NCBI GenBank assembly: GCA_963662665.2
Contig: CAXXJS010000016.1
Location: 66,725-130,724, forward strand
Origin: Candidatus Latescibacterota bacterium
Lineage (GTDB): Bacteria; Latescibacterota; UBA2968; GCA-2709665
Direction of reading: 5' to 3'
Length of the DNA stretch: 64,000 nucleotides
The notes below the pieces were generated by a model. That model was not told the origin of the DNA. It saw only the letters and a program-made list of their open reading frames with translations, and searched no databases. Each line of letters opens with the position of its first letter. Positions within the stretch are counted from its first letter, which is position 1. Shown in pieces: positions 1 through 10,839 of this stretch. The position numbers were made by a program, and so were the translations under genes.

Positions 1-238
1 TATCGGATCCTGGCTCCGTGACTGACCGTTGGCTTCCGACGCGTTGCCGGCGCTTTCTTGCACGTCGACAATTTAGCGTGTTCCCCTCTTTCAGGCAAGC
101 GAAAACTCGCCGTGCCTGTTTTCATTTAGTTCGGTCTTTTTAATCCATCGATTTCCGGACCGGCTGCAGCAACGCGTCAGTTGTTGCTCCATCGCCGTGT
201 CGCCCACAGAGCAGAACAGGTGGCGCTGCCACCTCACG

Positions 239-1171
239 TTAAACCAGAGGGCGACGTGTGAGGCCCAGCCCGTCTGCAACCTGTAACACCCGCTCATTCA
301 ACCTTTCCGCGTGCAATAGCGTTTCAGGTTCGGGCGTCATGGCAAGGCTGCGCACGAATGAATGCCCGATGATACCCCGCGCGGCCAACAACTGTTTCTC
401 CACCACCAGGTACAGCTCCATATCCTGCAGTGAGAAGACGATCTGCGCCAGGATCCCGTCGAACACGTCCAGTGCGCCGTCGACGTCGCCTGCCGACCCG
501 AGTTCCCAGATCCGATTCATCACGTCCGCGTGCCCAAGCCCGGGCATAACGCCGGCGATGCCCCAATCGAACAGATCCGGCATATACATTCCTCCCCAAC
601 CCTCAAGCACTGCCACCTGATCGCCCGTTGCCTCCCGAATCCCCCGAAGCTTGCGACCAAGAAGCGGCTCCTCCAGCTTAATGTACCTGAAATTTCCGCA
701 GGTCTCGCGAAGTCGCCTGCAGAACCTCCCGTCGACTGTCGGACCGCCCGGATTGAAATCCTGTATAAGTATGGGGACGTCCACGGCGTCACAGATGGTC
801 CGGCAATACGTAAGCAGGTCCGCTTCCATTGTGCCAAACTGCCTTGGGATTGCAAAACTGATCACGTCGGCGCCGGCATCGGCGTTTGCCAGGGCGAAAC
901 TTGCCGCCTGCCTCGCCGAAGGGTGGTTTGACTGGCCCACCACCGGAATCCTTCCGTCGGCGGCTGCCACCGCTGTCCGGACAACCGCGAGCCGTTCTCG
1001 TCCGGACAGCTTGTAAAACTCGCTCGCATATGCAGGCAGACACACCGCCCCGATCCCGAATGCCACCGCCGCCTCCACCTGCCGGCCGATATCTTCGAAC
1101 ACGATTTCTTCACGTTCATCAAACGGCGTTACCAGCACTGCCACGACCCCACGGATATCGCCCAAGGCCAT
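239..1171 (-). CDS. dihydrodipicolinate synthase (DHDPS/NAL) family aldolase
   Basis: Start re-assigned to ATG 1171 (MALGDIRGVVAVLVTPFD) with GGAGGA upstream; TPF, ASEFYKLS and Schiff-base YIKLEEP motifs. Confidence 0.85.
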   Translation of the reverse strand: MALGDIRGVVAVLVTPFDEREEIVFEDIGRQVEAAVAFGIGAVCLPAYASEFYKLSGRERLAVVRTAVAAADGRIPVVGQSNHPSARQAASFALANADAGADVISFAIPRQFGTMEADLLTYCRTICDAVDVPILIQDFNPGGPTVDGRFCRRLRETCGNFRYIKLEEPLLGRKLRGIREATGDQVAVLEGWGGMYMPDLFDWGIAGVMPGLGHADVMNRIWELGSAGDVDGALDVFDGILAQIVFSLQDMELYLVVEKQLLAARGIIGHSFVRSLAMTPEPETLLHAERLNERVLQVADGLGLTRRPLV

Positions 1172-1304
1172 ATAGATCCTCCAAAATTGTAGTATTGAGC
1201 CGCCGAATCCGTCCTGCGGGGGTGGTCGCAAGAAAAGGACGGATCTGCCACGACGGGACATGGAATACCCGGAAGCAACACAGTAAACGCGACGCCGGTG
1301 GCGG

Positions 1305-1333
1305 TTGACACTGAAACGGGGATGTGTTAGATT
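1305..1333 (+). promoter_or_regulatory. sigma70-type promoter upstream of rel
   Basis: TTGACA (1305-1310), 17-nt spacer, TAGATT (1328-1333). Confidence 0.7.
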
Positions 1334-1546
1334 GTATTCCCGAGAGGTTTTCGCTAAAAGACTGTCCTGAATGTGTGACACCAACAGTGATGGTTACGCG
1401 GGCAAGCTGGCGCGGCGTATTGGATTGCGGGGCGACGCCTGCAGGCGTTATCGAGCGCTGGCTGAACGGCCGCCGGCGTCCATCGAACGGACAGCCGTGG
1501 CAGGATCTCAGCGGGAATTACCACGGGCGTTGACCAATCAAATCCA

Positions 1547-3763
1547 ATGGAGGTCTCCGTGATGTTGCAAACGGATGGATCCAGGACCCTCCCGGCCATC
1601 GAAGCCATCGTCGAACGCGAGGCGAATTTTCCGGAATTGCAGAACCTGCTCCGGGCTTCCCTGGACATACGTCCGAACCAGAATCTTCAGCTCATCTCCA
1701 AAGCCTACCACTTCGCCGAACTCGCTCATCGCGACCAGCGCCGCAAATCGGGCGATCCTGCCATTTCTCACGTCGTGGCCGTCTGCCGCATCCTGATCGA
1801 CCTCGGTCTGGACTCCGCGACCGTCGCCGCGGGCCTGTTACACGACGTTGTCGACGAAACCCGTGTTCCGCATTCCCAGATCGAATCTCATTTCGGGGCG
1901 GAAATTGCCAGCCTGGTGGATGGTGTTTCCAAGATCAAAGACTTTTCCTTCCACAGCCATGGAGCAGAACAGGCCGAGAATTTCCGCAAGATGCTGCTCT
2001 CCATGGCACGGGACATCCGTGTGGTTCTCGTCAAATTGGCGGACCGGCTCCACAACATGCGCACCCTGAAATATTTGCGTCCGGAAAGTCAGGAGCGCAT
2101 GGTTTACGAGAGTCGCGACATTTATGCGCCTCTTGCCCACCGGCTGGGCATGTCCCGGATTCGGGCGGAACTGGAAGACCTCAGCCTCAAGTGGCTGGAA
2201 CCGAAAGCTTACCGGTATATCCAGGAAAAGATCAACCTGACGCGCGAAGAGCGTGAGGCATGCATCGAAGCGGTGCAGAGACCGCTCTCGGAGGCCCTCA
2301 ACAAAGCGGGGATTCACGCCGACATGACGGGCCGCTCGAAGAATTTCAGCAGCATCTACAAGAAAATGAACGTGCGTGGAAGAGCCTTCAATGAGATCTA
2401 CGATCTTCTGGCGCTTCGAATCCTGGTGGAAACCATACCGGAATGCTACAACGTCCTGGGCCTCGTCCACACCATGTATCCGCCCGTCATCGCCCGCTTC
2501 AAAGACTTTATCGCCACGCCCAAGAGCAACATGTACCAGTCGCTTCACACCACAATTGTCGGTCCCGAGGGCATGATGCTGGAGGTGCAGATCCGCACGC
2601 GGGAGATGCATCAGACCGCAGAGGTGGGCATTGCGGCCCACTGGCTTTACAAGGAGGGCAAACGCGGGCCCACCGAGATGGACCGCCATATGGCCTGGCT
2701 GCGCAGCATTCTGGAGTGGCAGCGCGAGACCAGCGATCCACAGGAGTTCATGGATGACCTCAAGGTGGACCTCTTTCCAAACGAAATCTACGTTTTTACC
2801 CCCAAAGGCGACCTGATCCAGCTACCGGAAGGGGCTACGCCTCTGGATTTTGCATTTGCGGTACACACGGACGTGGGATTGCGTTGTATCGGCAGCCGGG
2901 TGGACGAACAGATGGTGTCCCTGTCTACGCCACTGCAAACGGGCAGTACCGTTGAGGTGATTACCTCACCGCACCAGAGGCCCAACCGGGACTGGCTCGA
3001 TTTTGTTAAAAGCGCCAAAGCACGCAGCCGCATCAGACGATGGTTACGCGAAGAGGAGTATTCCCAGAGTGTCAGGCTTGGCCAGGACATGCTGGACCGC
3101 GAACTCAAGCGGCGACGCAAACGCACGGCCGGAGAGAAACTGGAAGCGGCAGCCGCACACTTCAACCTGCAGGACGTTCAGCATCTCTACGCCAACCTGG
3201 GCAATGGAACCCTTTCACTGGAGCGCGTCGCACATCAGATTTTTCCCGCGGCCCGCCCCACGCCCAGACGCCAGCGCCCGGAATCAAAGAAAAACGGACG
3301 CGGGAACCCCGTTGTCATTCATAGCCTGAATCACCTGATGACCCAGTTCGCCCGCTGCTGCCAGCCCATATACGGCGATGTCGTTCTTGGCGTAATCACA
3401 CGGGGCAAAGGAATATCGGTTCACAGGAGGGACTGCCGCAACATTGAGAATCTGGCGGAAGGTCGCGACCGCCTGGTCGACGTTGACTGGAATTCCGATG
3501 AGGAGACGGCCTTTGCCGTACAGATACGGGTCAATGGAGTCGATCGCCCCAATTTCCTCCGGGACATCAGCCACGTCATATCCAAGCTGGGCATTCCGAT
3601 TGTGGAAGGAAAGCTGAACACAACCGGCGGGCAGGTCGGCAACCGGTTCACCGTAGAGGTCAGAAACGTCAATCAGCTTCGAGACCTGCGGGATAAGATC
3701 CTCTCCGTGTCCGGCGTCTCGTCCGTTCAGCGCATAAACGGCAGTTCGGACGACGTCCTGTAG
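1547..3763 (+). CDS. rel: long RelA/SpoT homologue, (p)ppGpp synthetase/hydrolase
   Basis: HD domain (LLHDVV, KLADRLHNMRTL), synthetase (YQSLHT, EVQIRT, GIAAHW), TGS (FTPKG, DFAFAVHT), CC zinc finger and ACT; true start may be 1559/1562 after GGAGG. Confidence 0.95.
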   Translation: MEVSVMLQTDGSRTLPAIEAIVEREANFPELQNLLRASLDIRPNQNLQLISKAYHFAELAHRDQRRKSGDPAISHVVAVCRILIDLGLDSATVAAGLLHDVVDETRVPHSQIESHFGAEIASLVDGVSKIKDFSFHSHGAEQAENFRKMLLSMARDIRVVLVKLADRLHNMRTLKYLRPESQERMVYESRDIYAPLAHRLGMSRIRAELEDLSLKWLEPKAYRYIQEKINLTREEREACIEAVQRPLSEALNKAGIHADMTGRSKNFSSIYKKMNVRGRAFNEIYDLLALRILVETIPECYNVLGLVHTMYPPVIARFKDFIATPKSNMYQSLHTTIVGPEGMMLEVQIRTREMHQTAEVGIAAHWLYKEGKRGPTEMDRHMAWLRSILEWQRETSDPQEFMDDLKVDLFPNEIYVFTPKGDLIQLPEGATPLDFAFAVHTDVGLRCIGSRVDEQMVSLSTPLQTGSTVEVITSPHQRPNRDWLDFVKSAKARSRIRRWLREEEYSQSVRLGQDMLDRELKRRRKRTAGEKLEAAAAHFNLQDVQHLYANLGNGTLSLERVAHQIFPAARPTPRRQRPESKKNGRGNPVVIHSLNHLMTQFARCCQPIYGDVVLGVITRGKGISVHRRDCRNIENLAEGRDRLVDVDWNSDEETAFAVQIRVNGVDRPNFLRDISHVISKLGIPIVEGKLNTTGGQVGNRFTVEVRNVNQLRDLRDKILSVSGVSSVQRINGSSDDVL

Positions 3764-3823
3764 ACAGACTGGAAACGAACCGGTATACCAGTGTGCTTGC
3801 CCTGAGTTCCGGGGTGCCACGAG

Positions 3824-6466
3824 TCAGCACCTGTTATTGCTGTCTTCTATCTCCTTTTTCCACCGATCGAGAATCACGAGCGCCTCAAGTGGCGTGGTAT
3901 TACCCAAATCCAGACCGCGCAACTCGCACAGGACCGGACTTTCCGGAGGCAGGTCAAACAAATTCATCTGCCCGTTGGCGACGCCAGGTTCACGAATCAC
4001 GGTAGCCTGCGTTTTTTTTCCCGTCGCAGTGAGATCGTTCTCTTCCAGTTTGCGCAACACTTCGCGGGCTCGTGCGATCAGTTCGCGGGGCATTCCAGCA
4101 AGCCGCGCCACCTCGATGCCGTAACTGTGGTCGCATCCACCGGGCACCAGCCGGTGCAGAAACGTCACGTTGTCGCCTTCCTTCCTGACCGCCACGCTGT
4201 AATTCCTCACCCTCGGCAGCATTTCCTCGAGTTCCGTCATTTCATGGTAGTGCGTGGCGAACAACGTGCGGGGCTGTATAGCCGCTGTATTGTGTAAATA
4301 TTCCGTCATCGCCCAGGCGATGCTGAGTCCGTCAAATGTACTGGTGCCCCGGCCGATTTCGTCCAGAAGCACCAGGCTCCTGGGGGTGGCGTTGTTCAGG
4401 ATGTTGGCTGCTTCGTTCATTTCCACAAGAAACGTGGACTCACCCCGGGCAAGGTTGTCGGACGCCCCCACGCGCGTGAAAATGCGGTCCACTACCCCGA
4501 CGCGCGCCGACGCCGCCGGAACAAAGCTGCCCAGCTGCGCCAGCAGAACAATCAGACCTATCTGTCTCAACATCGTGGATTTTCCGGCCATATTGGGACC
4601 CGTAATGATCAACACCTGTTCCTCGTCGCCATCCACGAAAAAATCGTTGGGCACAAACTTGCCGGTTGGCAGCAACCCTTCGACCACGGGATGGCGGCCC
4701 TCCCGAATGGCGATTCCGGTGGACTCGTCCACTTCGGGCCGGACGAAGTCGTTTGCCGCGGCAACCTCTGCGAGGCAGGCCAGTACGTCGACCAACGCCA
4801 CGGCGCGCGCCGTGCGCTGCACTTGGTCCACCCAGCCTTCCACTTCGACCCTGAGCTGCTGAAACAACTCCCTTTCCAGTTCCTTCGCTCGTTCGTCGGC
4901 GCCCAGAATCTTCGCTTCCCATTCTTTCAACGCCGGTGTAATGAAGCGCTCCGCGTTCACAAGGGTCTGCTTGCGCAGGTAGTCATCCGGAGCCTTCCGC
5001 ATATTCGCCTTTGTAATTTCAATATAATACCCGAACGCCTTGTTGTACCCGACCTTGAGCGACGGAATGCCGGTGCGCTCCCGCTCTCTGGCCTGCAGTT
5101 CAGCCACCCACTGTCGGCCTCCGGAGGCCGCTTTGCGGAGTTCGTCCAGTTCACCGTTACGGCCCACCCTGATGATGCCCCCTTCGCTCAACTGAACAGG
5201 TGGCTCGTCCACCACCGTACGACCGATGAGCTCGATCAGGTCGCTCAGATCCGGCATACCCTTACACCGTGCATTCACCAGCAGGTCTGCCGTGGTCTCG
5301 GTCAGCGTGTCCCGCAGACCGGGTATTGCCTGCAGTGACGCCTTAAGCGCCACAAGGTCTCTCGGGCTGCAACGTCCGCAGCAGATGCGAGACATGAGAC
5401 GCTCGAGGTCCCCAACCTGCTTCAGGGCGGAACGCACAGACTCCCGTCGGGCAGGATGCCGCACAAGGTCTTCCACGGCATCCTGTCTCGCATCGATACT
5501 TGAAATATCCAGTAGCGGCTGGGAAAGCCATGACCTCAGGGTCCGCGCCCCCAACGCGGTGCACGTTCGGTCAAGCAACGACAGCAGCGTACCTTCCCGC
5601 CGGCCTTCCTGAATTGACGCAATCAGCTCCAGGTTCCGCTGGGTCACGAGGTCCAGCCCCATGAATGCGCCTTCGTGCTCCCGTGAGAGGCGCGTGATGT
5701 GAGTAACCGTACCCTTCTGGTTCTGCTTGAGGTACCCCATCACCGCCCCTGCCGCGCTGATGCCCACCGTCAACTGTTCGCAACCGAAGCCCTTCAACGA
5801 ACTCACGCGAAAATGTTCCAGCAACAAGTCGTACGCATAGGCAAATCCGAAATGCCAGTCTTCCGCCCGAACGAGGAGCGCACCCGGCATACGATGCGCC
5901 ATTGCACCCTCGTTTGCTTCGGCCCATGACTCGGATGCGAGCACCTCCGCAGGTCCTATTCGCTCCAGCACATCCCACAGTTCATCCTCATCCCGTTCCA
6001 TCACGCGAAAATCACCGGTAGACAGGTCCGTAACCGCAGCGCCGAGTCGGTTGGACTCAACCCAAAGACCCACCAGATAGTTGTTTCGATTCTGATCCAG
6101 CAGGTTGTCCGAGAGCGCGGTACCTGGAGACACCACCTGGACGACCTCTCGCCGCACGACCGCCTTGCCTTTCTGCGGCGGCTCCATCTGTTCGCAAATG
6201 GCGACCTTCCGACCGGCCTTGATCAACCGGGCAAGGTATGTATCCAGCGCATGATGGGGTACACCGGCCATCGGAACGCTATCGCCCCCCCGGCCGTTGT
6301 TTCGAGAAGTCAGCGTCAGCCCCAATAGGCCGGACACCTCTTTGGCGTCATCATAAAACGTCTCGTAGAAGTCCCCCATTCTGAACAGCAGTACGGCGTC
6401 TCTGTGTTCGTCCTTAAAACGCAGGTACTGTTCCATTGCCGGGGTGACATCTCTTGGCCTTGCCAT
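3824..6466 (-). CDS. mutS: DNA mismatch repair protein MutS
   Basis: TPAMEQY, FRMGDFYE, TGPNMAGKST, DEIGRGTST, FATHYHE, SYGIEVA; start re-assigned to 6466. Confidence 0.97.
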   Translation of the reverse strand: MARPRDVTPAMEQYLRFKDEHRDAVLLFRMGDFYETFYDDAKEVSGLLGLTLTSRNNGRGGDSVPMAGVPHHALDTYLARLIKAGRKVAICEQMEPPQKGKAVVRREVVQVVSPGTALSDNLLDQNRNNYLVGLWVESNRLGAAVTDLSTGDFRVMERDEDELWDVLERIGPAEVLASESWAEANEGAMAHRMPGALLVRAEDWHFGFAYAYDLLLEHFRVSSLKGFGCEQLTVGISAAGAVMGYLKQNQKGTVTHITRLSREHEGAFMGLDLVTQRNLELIASIQEGRREGTLLSLLDRTCTALGARTLRSWLSQPLLDISSIDARQDAVEDLVRHPARRESVRSALKQVGDLERLMSRICCGRCSPRDLVALKASLQAIPGLRDTLTETTADLLVNARCKGMPDLSDLIELIGRTVVDEPPVQLSEGGIIRVGRNGELDELRKAASGGRQWVAELQARERERTGIPSLKVGYNKAFGYYIEITKANMRKAPDDYLRKQTLVNAERFITPALKEWEAKILGADERAKELERELFQQLRVEVEGWVDQVQRTARAVALVDVLACLAEVAAANDFVRPEVDESTGIAIREGRHPVVEGLLPTGKFVPNDFFVDGDEEQVLIITGPNMAGKSTMLRQIGLIVLLAQLGSFVPAASARVGVVDRIFTRVGASDNLARGESTFLVEMNEAANILNNATPRSLVLLDEIGRGTSTFDGLSIAWAMTEYLHNTAAIQPRTLFATHYHEMTELEEMLPRVRNYSVAVRKEGDNVTFLHRLVPGGCDHSYGIEVARLAGMPRELIARAREVLRKLEENDLTATGKKTQATVIREPGVANGQMNLFDLPPESPVLCELRGLDLGNTTPLEALVILDRWKKEIEDSNNRC

Positions 6467-6577
6467 CTGACGTTTCCTAGTGTCGTTCAACAATCGTGCA
6501 ATTCGCCACCCCGACCTCCTTTTCAACGCGGGGTTCTTCCCGTTCCGCGGCGGCCCGGTGGGCAATCGCGCCCGAGA

Positions 6578-7921
6578 TCAGGTTAACGCCTCGCACAGGC
6601 GGGTCACCGTGCTGTCGTCCGTCAGCTCACCAACGACCCGGTCGGAACCCACGTCCGTCAGGCGCACCGGCAGGATGGAATTTTTCGCCTCATCGGGGCC
6701 CGCGGCGAACACGCGGATGTAGTTGTCGGTAACCCCCTGCAGATACCCCGTGCCCGGGTCGCGTCTGTCTTCGAACAGTACGTGCGTCGTCCGCCCCGAA
6801 AAACGACGGCGGAAGGCCTCTGTTTTCCGCGAGCCAAGACGCCTCAGCAGGGCGCCTCGCCGCTTCTTCACGGCGGAATCCACCTCACCGCCCAACCGCG
6901 AGGCAGCTGTGCCGTTTCGCGGTGAAAAAGGAAACACGTGCAGGAACGCCAGCGGACCCTCTTCGATCAGGTCGTACGTCCTGGCGAACGCCTCATCGGT
7001 CTCACCGGGGAATCCGACCATTACATCCGCGCCGAGGCCGATATCGGGAATCCTGTCCGCCAGCGTCTCGATCAGCGAAAGATACCGCGACCGGGTATAC
7101 GGCCTGCGCATCGATCTCAGAATCCCATCGTCTCCGCTCTGCAAAGGAATATGCAGATGCCTGCAGAACCTGGATGAGGTTGAGAAGAAGTCGACCATCG
7201 CGTCACTGATAAACGAAGCTTCGATAGAACTCACTCTGAACCGCCGAAGTCCCTTTACCTGCTCGATCTCCTCGAACAAATCGAGCAGTTCGAGGCCATC
7301 CTGGTCCGCGCCGTAGTCGCCAATATGAACGCCTGCAAGGACGACCTCCTGGTAACCCACGTCAACCAGCCGCCGTACCTGATCAATACAGCTTTGAAGA
7401 CCTCGACTCCGGCTTCGGCCCCTCGCAAACGGAATGACGCAGAAAGAGCAGAACTCGTTGCAACCCTCCTGTATCTTTACGAACGCCCGTGCCCTGCCGC
7501 CGAAATTATAGATATCCATGTCCTGAAATTCAGCAGTTCGACGTCGGGTCACGTAACTTCGACCGATGGAGCAGGTGTCGTTAATCAGATCCAGCAGCCT
7601 GGTCTTCTCCGCCGTGCCCACGACCAGATCGACCTCCGGCATATCGATCAGTACGTCCGGATCGGTCTGCGCATAGCACCCCATGGCCACAACTGTGCCT
7701 TCGGGCGATATCCGATGCGCCCGGCGCAATACCTGCCTGGATTGTGCGGCGCCCTGTCCCGTCACCGTGCAGGTATTCACCACTGTCACGTCGGCAGGCA
7801 GGCCAAACGCCACCTCACGGTACCCCTCCTGTGTGAATTGCTCGCGGTACCATTCCGTATCGTAGGTATTCAATTTGCAGCCCAGCGTGTAGAACGATAC
7901 GGTTTTGTCGTTTCCGTTCAT
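6578..7921 (-). CDS. mtaB: tRNA t6A37 methylthiotransferase
   Basis: TLGCKLN, NTCTVT, radical SAM KIQEGCNEFCSFC, LHVFPFSPR, TDNYIRV. Confidence 0.9.
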   Translation of the reverse strand: MNGNDKTVSFYTLGCKLNTYDTEWYREQFTQEGYREVAFGLPADVTVVNTCTVTGQGAAQSRQVLRRAHRISPEGTVVAMGCYAQTDPDVLIDMPEVDLVVGTAEKTRLLDLINDTCSIGRSYVTRRRTAEFQDMDIYNFGGRARAFVKIQEGCNEFCSFCVIPFARGRSRSRGLQSCIDQVRRLVDVGYQEVVLAGVHIGDYGADQDGLELLDLFEEIEQVKGLRRFRVSSIEASFISDAMVDFFSTSSRFCRHLHIPLQSGDDGILRSMRRPYTRSRYLSLIETLADRIPDIGLGADVMVGFPGETDEAFARTYDLIEEGPLAFLHVFPFSPRNGTAASRLGGEVDSAVKKRRGALLRRLGSRKTEAFRRRFSGRTTHVLFEDRRDPGTGYLQGVTDNYIRVFAAGPDEAKNSILPVRLTDVGSDRVVGELTDDSTVTRLCEALT

Positions 7922-8021
7922 CCGTCCGCTTTCTCATATTCAACGCGTTGTTTGCGCTGACCTGTCCAGTCGCGCCGGCAGGTCCTGAATGCCGAACTCC
8001 ATTTCGGCGGCGGGGACCATA

Positions 8022-8059
8022 CAACAAAGAGTTGAGGACAACTCCCCAACTCTTTGTTG
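8022..8059 (-). terminator. intrinsic terminator after rpsA
   Basis: Inverted repeat CAACAAAGAGTTG...CAACTCTTTGTTG; U-rich tail on the minus strand. Confidence 0.75.
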
Positions 8060-8084
8060 CGAACGAACCTGTTGTCCGATAATC

Positions 8085-10031
8085 CTAAGCGTCCGATTTC
8101 GGCGCGGCCTCAGCCTCATCGGTCGTATCGGAAGCCTCCTTGGAAGGTGGGCCGTCTTCGCCGGCGCCGTCTTCCGCAGACTCGGTTTCCGCCCCTTCAG
8201 CGGGTTCTCCGGAAGTGGCTCCGGGTTCCACTGCCGACTCTGCATCCGCAGCCGGCTCCTTAGACTCTGCATCCGCAGCCGGCTCCTCCGAATCGGAGGC
8301 GGCCACCACGTCGCCCACTGTGACCGGCTTCGGCTGGTGGCTTTCTATATACGCATCGATCTCGGCCTGTTCGGCATCGCGCAGGTATTCCTTTACACTC
8401 AGAACGATCTTCCGCTGCTCTTCATCGAACTCAACGACCTTGAGCGGCAACTCATCCTGTTCCGAGAAGTGGGTCTGAGGGGTCTGCAGATCCGACATCC
8501 CCAACTGCGAAACCGGAATAAAACCCTCGACGTCCCCCGCCAGGTCGACCACAACTCCGCGTTCGAGCAACCGCGAGATCCTACCATCCGTCGTTTTACC
8601 CACCGCGTACTGAACTGCCAGCTCAGACCAGGGATTTTCGATGGTCTGTTTGTGACCCAGTGAAATACGACGACGCCTCTTGTCGACATTCAGGACGACC
8701 ACGTCGACGTGCTCTCCCTTCTTGACAACGTCGCTGGGATGACGCACTCGCCGGGTCCATGACATATCGGAAATATGAACGAGGCCGTCGATGCCCTCTT
8801 CGATTTCCACAAACGCACCGAAGTTCACCAGGTTGCGCACCAGGCCGGTCAGCCGGGTACCCACGGGGTATTTCTCGTCAAGCGTAAGCCAGGGGTCGTC
8901 GGTTGTCTGCTTCAGCCCGAGCGAAATCTTCTGACCCTCTTTGTCTACATTCAGAATCACAACCTTCAACTGGTCGCCTATGGAAACAAGCTTGGAAGGA
9001 TGGCGGATATGCTGCGTCCAGGACATCTCCGAGATGTGGACCAGGCCCTCCACGCCCTGTTCCAGTTCAACAAAGGCGCCGTAGTCCGTAATGCTCACCA
9101 CTTTGCCGTCCACCCTGGCGCCAACGGGGTATTTGTCCTCGACATTTTCCCACGGGTGTGGCGTAAGTTGCTTCATGCCCAGTGAGATCCGCTCGCGCTC
9201 CTCGTCGTAGTTGAGCACCTTTACCTGGATATCGTCGCCAATGGACAACACTTCCGATGGATGTCCGATCCGACCCCAGGAAATGTCGGTAATGTGCAAC
9301 AACCCGTCCAGCCCCCCCAGGTCGATAAACGCACCGAAATCCGTGATGTTCTTCACGGCGCCTTCCCGGACCTGGCCGACTTCCAGCGTTTCAAGAATCT
9401 GTTTGCGCAGGCGCTCCCGCTCGGCCTCCAGAACGACGCGCCTGGAGACGACGATATTACGCCGGTTCTTGTTGAGTTTGATGATGCGAAAGGGGAAAAC
9501 TTCGCCGATGAACTGATCGAAATTCTTCACCTGCTTGATATCGATCTGGGATCCGGGCAGAAACGCGTCTACGCCGAACAAATCCACCACGATTCCACCC
9601 TTGATACGGCGAACCAGCCGGCCCTCGACGATCTGATCGCTGTCGTAGGCGTCTTTGATACGGTCCCACACCCGCATAAAGTCGGCCTTCTGTTTTGACA
9701 GCACAATCTGACCTTCCTGGTCTTCCACATCTTCGAGATAGACCTCGATTTCCTGGCCCACCTCGACTTCGGACGGGTCGGCAAACTCGGAAAGCGGTAT
9801 GGCGCCTTCTGACTTGAATCCGATATCGACGACAACAGAGTTTTCAGCAACCGCCAAAACGGTCCCCGAGACAATCTCACCCTCGGATATATTGCTCATC
9901 GTATCTTCGTACAGACTCATCATCGAGGCAAATTCCTCTTCCGAGTATTCGCGTTCGTCCAACGCTTCCAGTGCTTCCTCGCTCGACAGTTGGGAAACGG
10001 TCTGGGGTGCGGTATTGTTTTCTTCCGACAT
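8085..10031 (-). CDS. rpsA: 30S ribosomal protein S1 with acidic C-terminal tail
   Basis: Six S1 domains (DIGFKSEG, AFLPGSQ, DGLLHITD, EGLVHISE...); GGAGG RBS. Confidence 0.98.
   Translation of the reverse strand: MSEENNTAPQTVSQLSSEEALEALDEREYSEEEFASMMSLYEDTMSNISEGEIVSGTVLAVAENSVVVDIGFKSEGAIPLSEFADPSEVEVGQEIEVYLEDVEDQEGQIVLSKQKADFMRVWDRIKDAYDSDQIVEGRLVRRIKGGIVVDLFGVDAFLPGSQIDIKQVKNFDQFIGEVFPFRIIKLNKNRRNIVVSRRVVLEAERERLRKQILETLEVGQVREGAVKNITDFGAFIDLGGLDGLLHITDISWGRIGHPSEVLSIGDDIQVKVLNYDEERERISLGMKQLTPHPWENVEDKYPVGARVDGKVVSITDYGAFVELEQGVEGLVHISEMSWTQHIRHPSKLVSIGDQLKVVILNVDKEGQKISLGLKQTTDDPWLTLDEKYPVGTRLTGLVRNLVNFGAFVEIEEGIDGLVHISDMSWTRRVRHPSDVVKKGEHVDVVVLNVDKRRRRISLGHKQTIENPWSELAVQYAVGKTTDGRISRLLERGVVVDLAGDVEGFIPVSQLGMSDLQTPQTHFSEQDELPLKVVEFDEEQRKIVLSVKEYLRDAEQAEIDAYIESHQPKPVTVGDVVAASDSEEPAADAESKEPAADAESAVEPGATSGEPAEGAETESAEDGAGEDGPPSKEASDTTDEAEAAPKSDA
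8236..8287. repeat. 27-bp-period tandem duplication in the rpsA tail (EPAADAES x2)
   Basis: GACTCTGCATCCGCAGCCGGCTCCT at 8236-8260 and 8263-8287. Confidence 0.9.
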
Positions 10032-10136
10032 GAAACAGCGACCTCCTTGGCCGTTCCGCCAGAGGCAGTTGCCCCGAACTTGCGGTTCGGCGTAAAGAAA
10101 CGGGGAAAAGACGGAGAACGGATCTCCGCAGGAACC

Positions 10137-10820
10137 TTACCGACGCTTAAGCATTGAACCCGTCGCAGGCGGGCCGGTATTGCGCCTGCGCGGCTGCAGA
10201 TTACCTATTCTGCGCATCACCTCGCTACTGATGGAGTGGTAGGCGGCTCGCCGCCTGGCGGGCAAGCCGCCTGGAACTGCACAAATCGGTTTGCCGAACC
10301 GCACTGTTACCCGGTTCAGGCCGATCAGGCTCGTCCACAGGTTTGCCGTACCGGAAATGTAGACCGGAACCACCGGAACCCGTACCCGGTAAGCCAACAT
10401 ACCGACGCCGTCCTTGGGCGGCCTGAGCCTGGATGTCTTGTTACGCGTGCCCTCCGGCGATAGAAACATCGCACCGCCGGCCTTTAGGCACTGTTCGATA
10501 CGCCGCAATGCGCCGCGGTCCCCGCGAGACCGATCGATTGGCAGCGCGTTCATTTTCCGCATCAGCCAGCCGAGAATCGGAACAAGAAACGCTTCCCGCT
10601 TGGTAACATACGAAAGTTCACGGCCCGCCGCAACCCCGATAAATACGGGATCTGCGTAGGACGCGTGGTTGCATGCCAGAATAACGCCGCCGCGACGCGG
10701 CACAAAATCACTGCCGGCGACGCGAAGCCTGAAAAGGCAGCTGCACAATCCCGTGCCAAGCGCCCAGATGAACCGGTAAAAGTGATTGCCGGGTCGTCCT
10801 GTGTAGATATCCGTTCGCAT
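10137..10820 (-). CDS. plsC: 1-acyl-sn-glycerol-3-phosphate acyltransferase
   Basis: NHASYADP and PEGTR motifs; between cmk and rpsA; start approximate. Confidence 0.88.
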   Translation of the reverse strand: MRTDIYTGRPGNHFYRFIWALGTGLCSCLFRLRVAGSDFVPRRGGVILACNHASYADPVFIGVAAGRELSYVTKREAFLVPILGWLMRKMNALPIDRSRGDRGALRRIEQCLKAGGAMFLSPEGTRNKTSRLRPPKDGVGMLAYRVRVPVVPVYISGTANLWTSLIGLNRVTVRFGKPICAVPGGLPARRRAAYHSISSEVMRRIGNLQPRRRNTGPPATGSMLKRR

Positions 10821-10839
10821 CGTAGACACGTGGGCCCCG

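Noticed and set aside
1-238. Possible gene start running off the left edge
   Set aside because: No recognisable motif or unambiguous frame
1206-1244. Hairpin ATCCGTCCT...AGGACGGAT as a riboswitch
   Set aside because: The stem is real but no known aptamer consensus is visible
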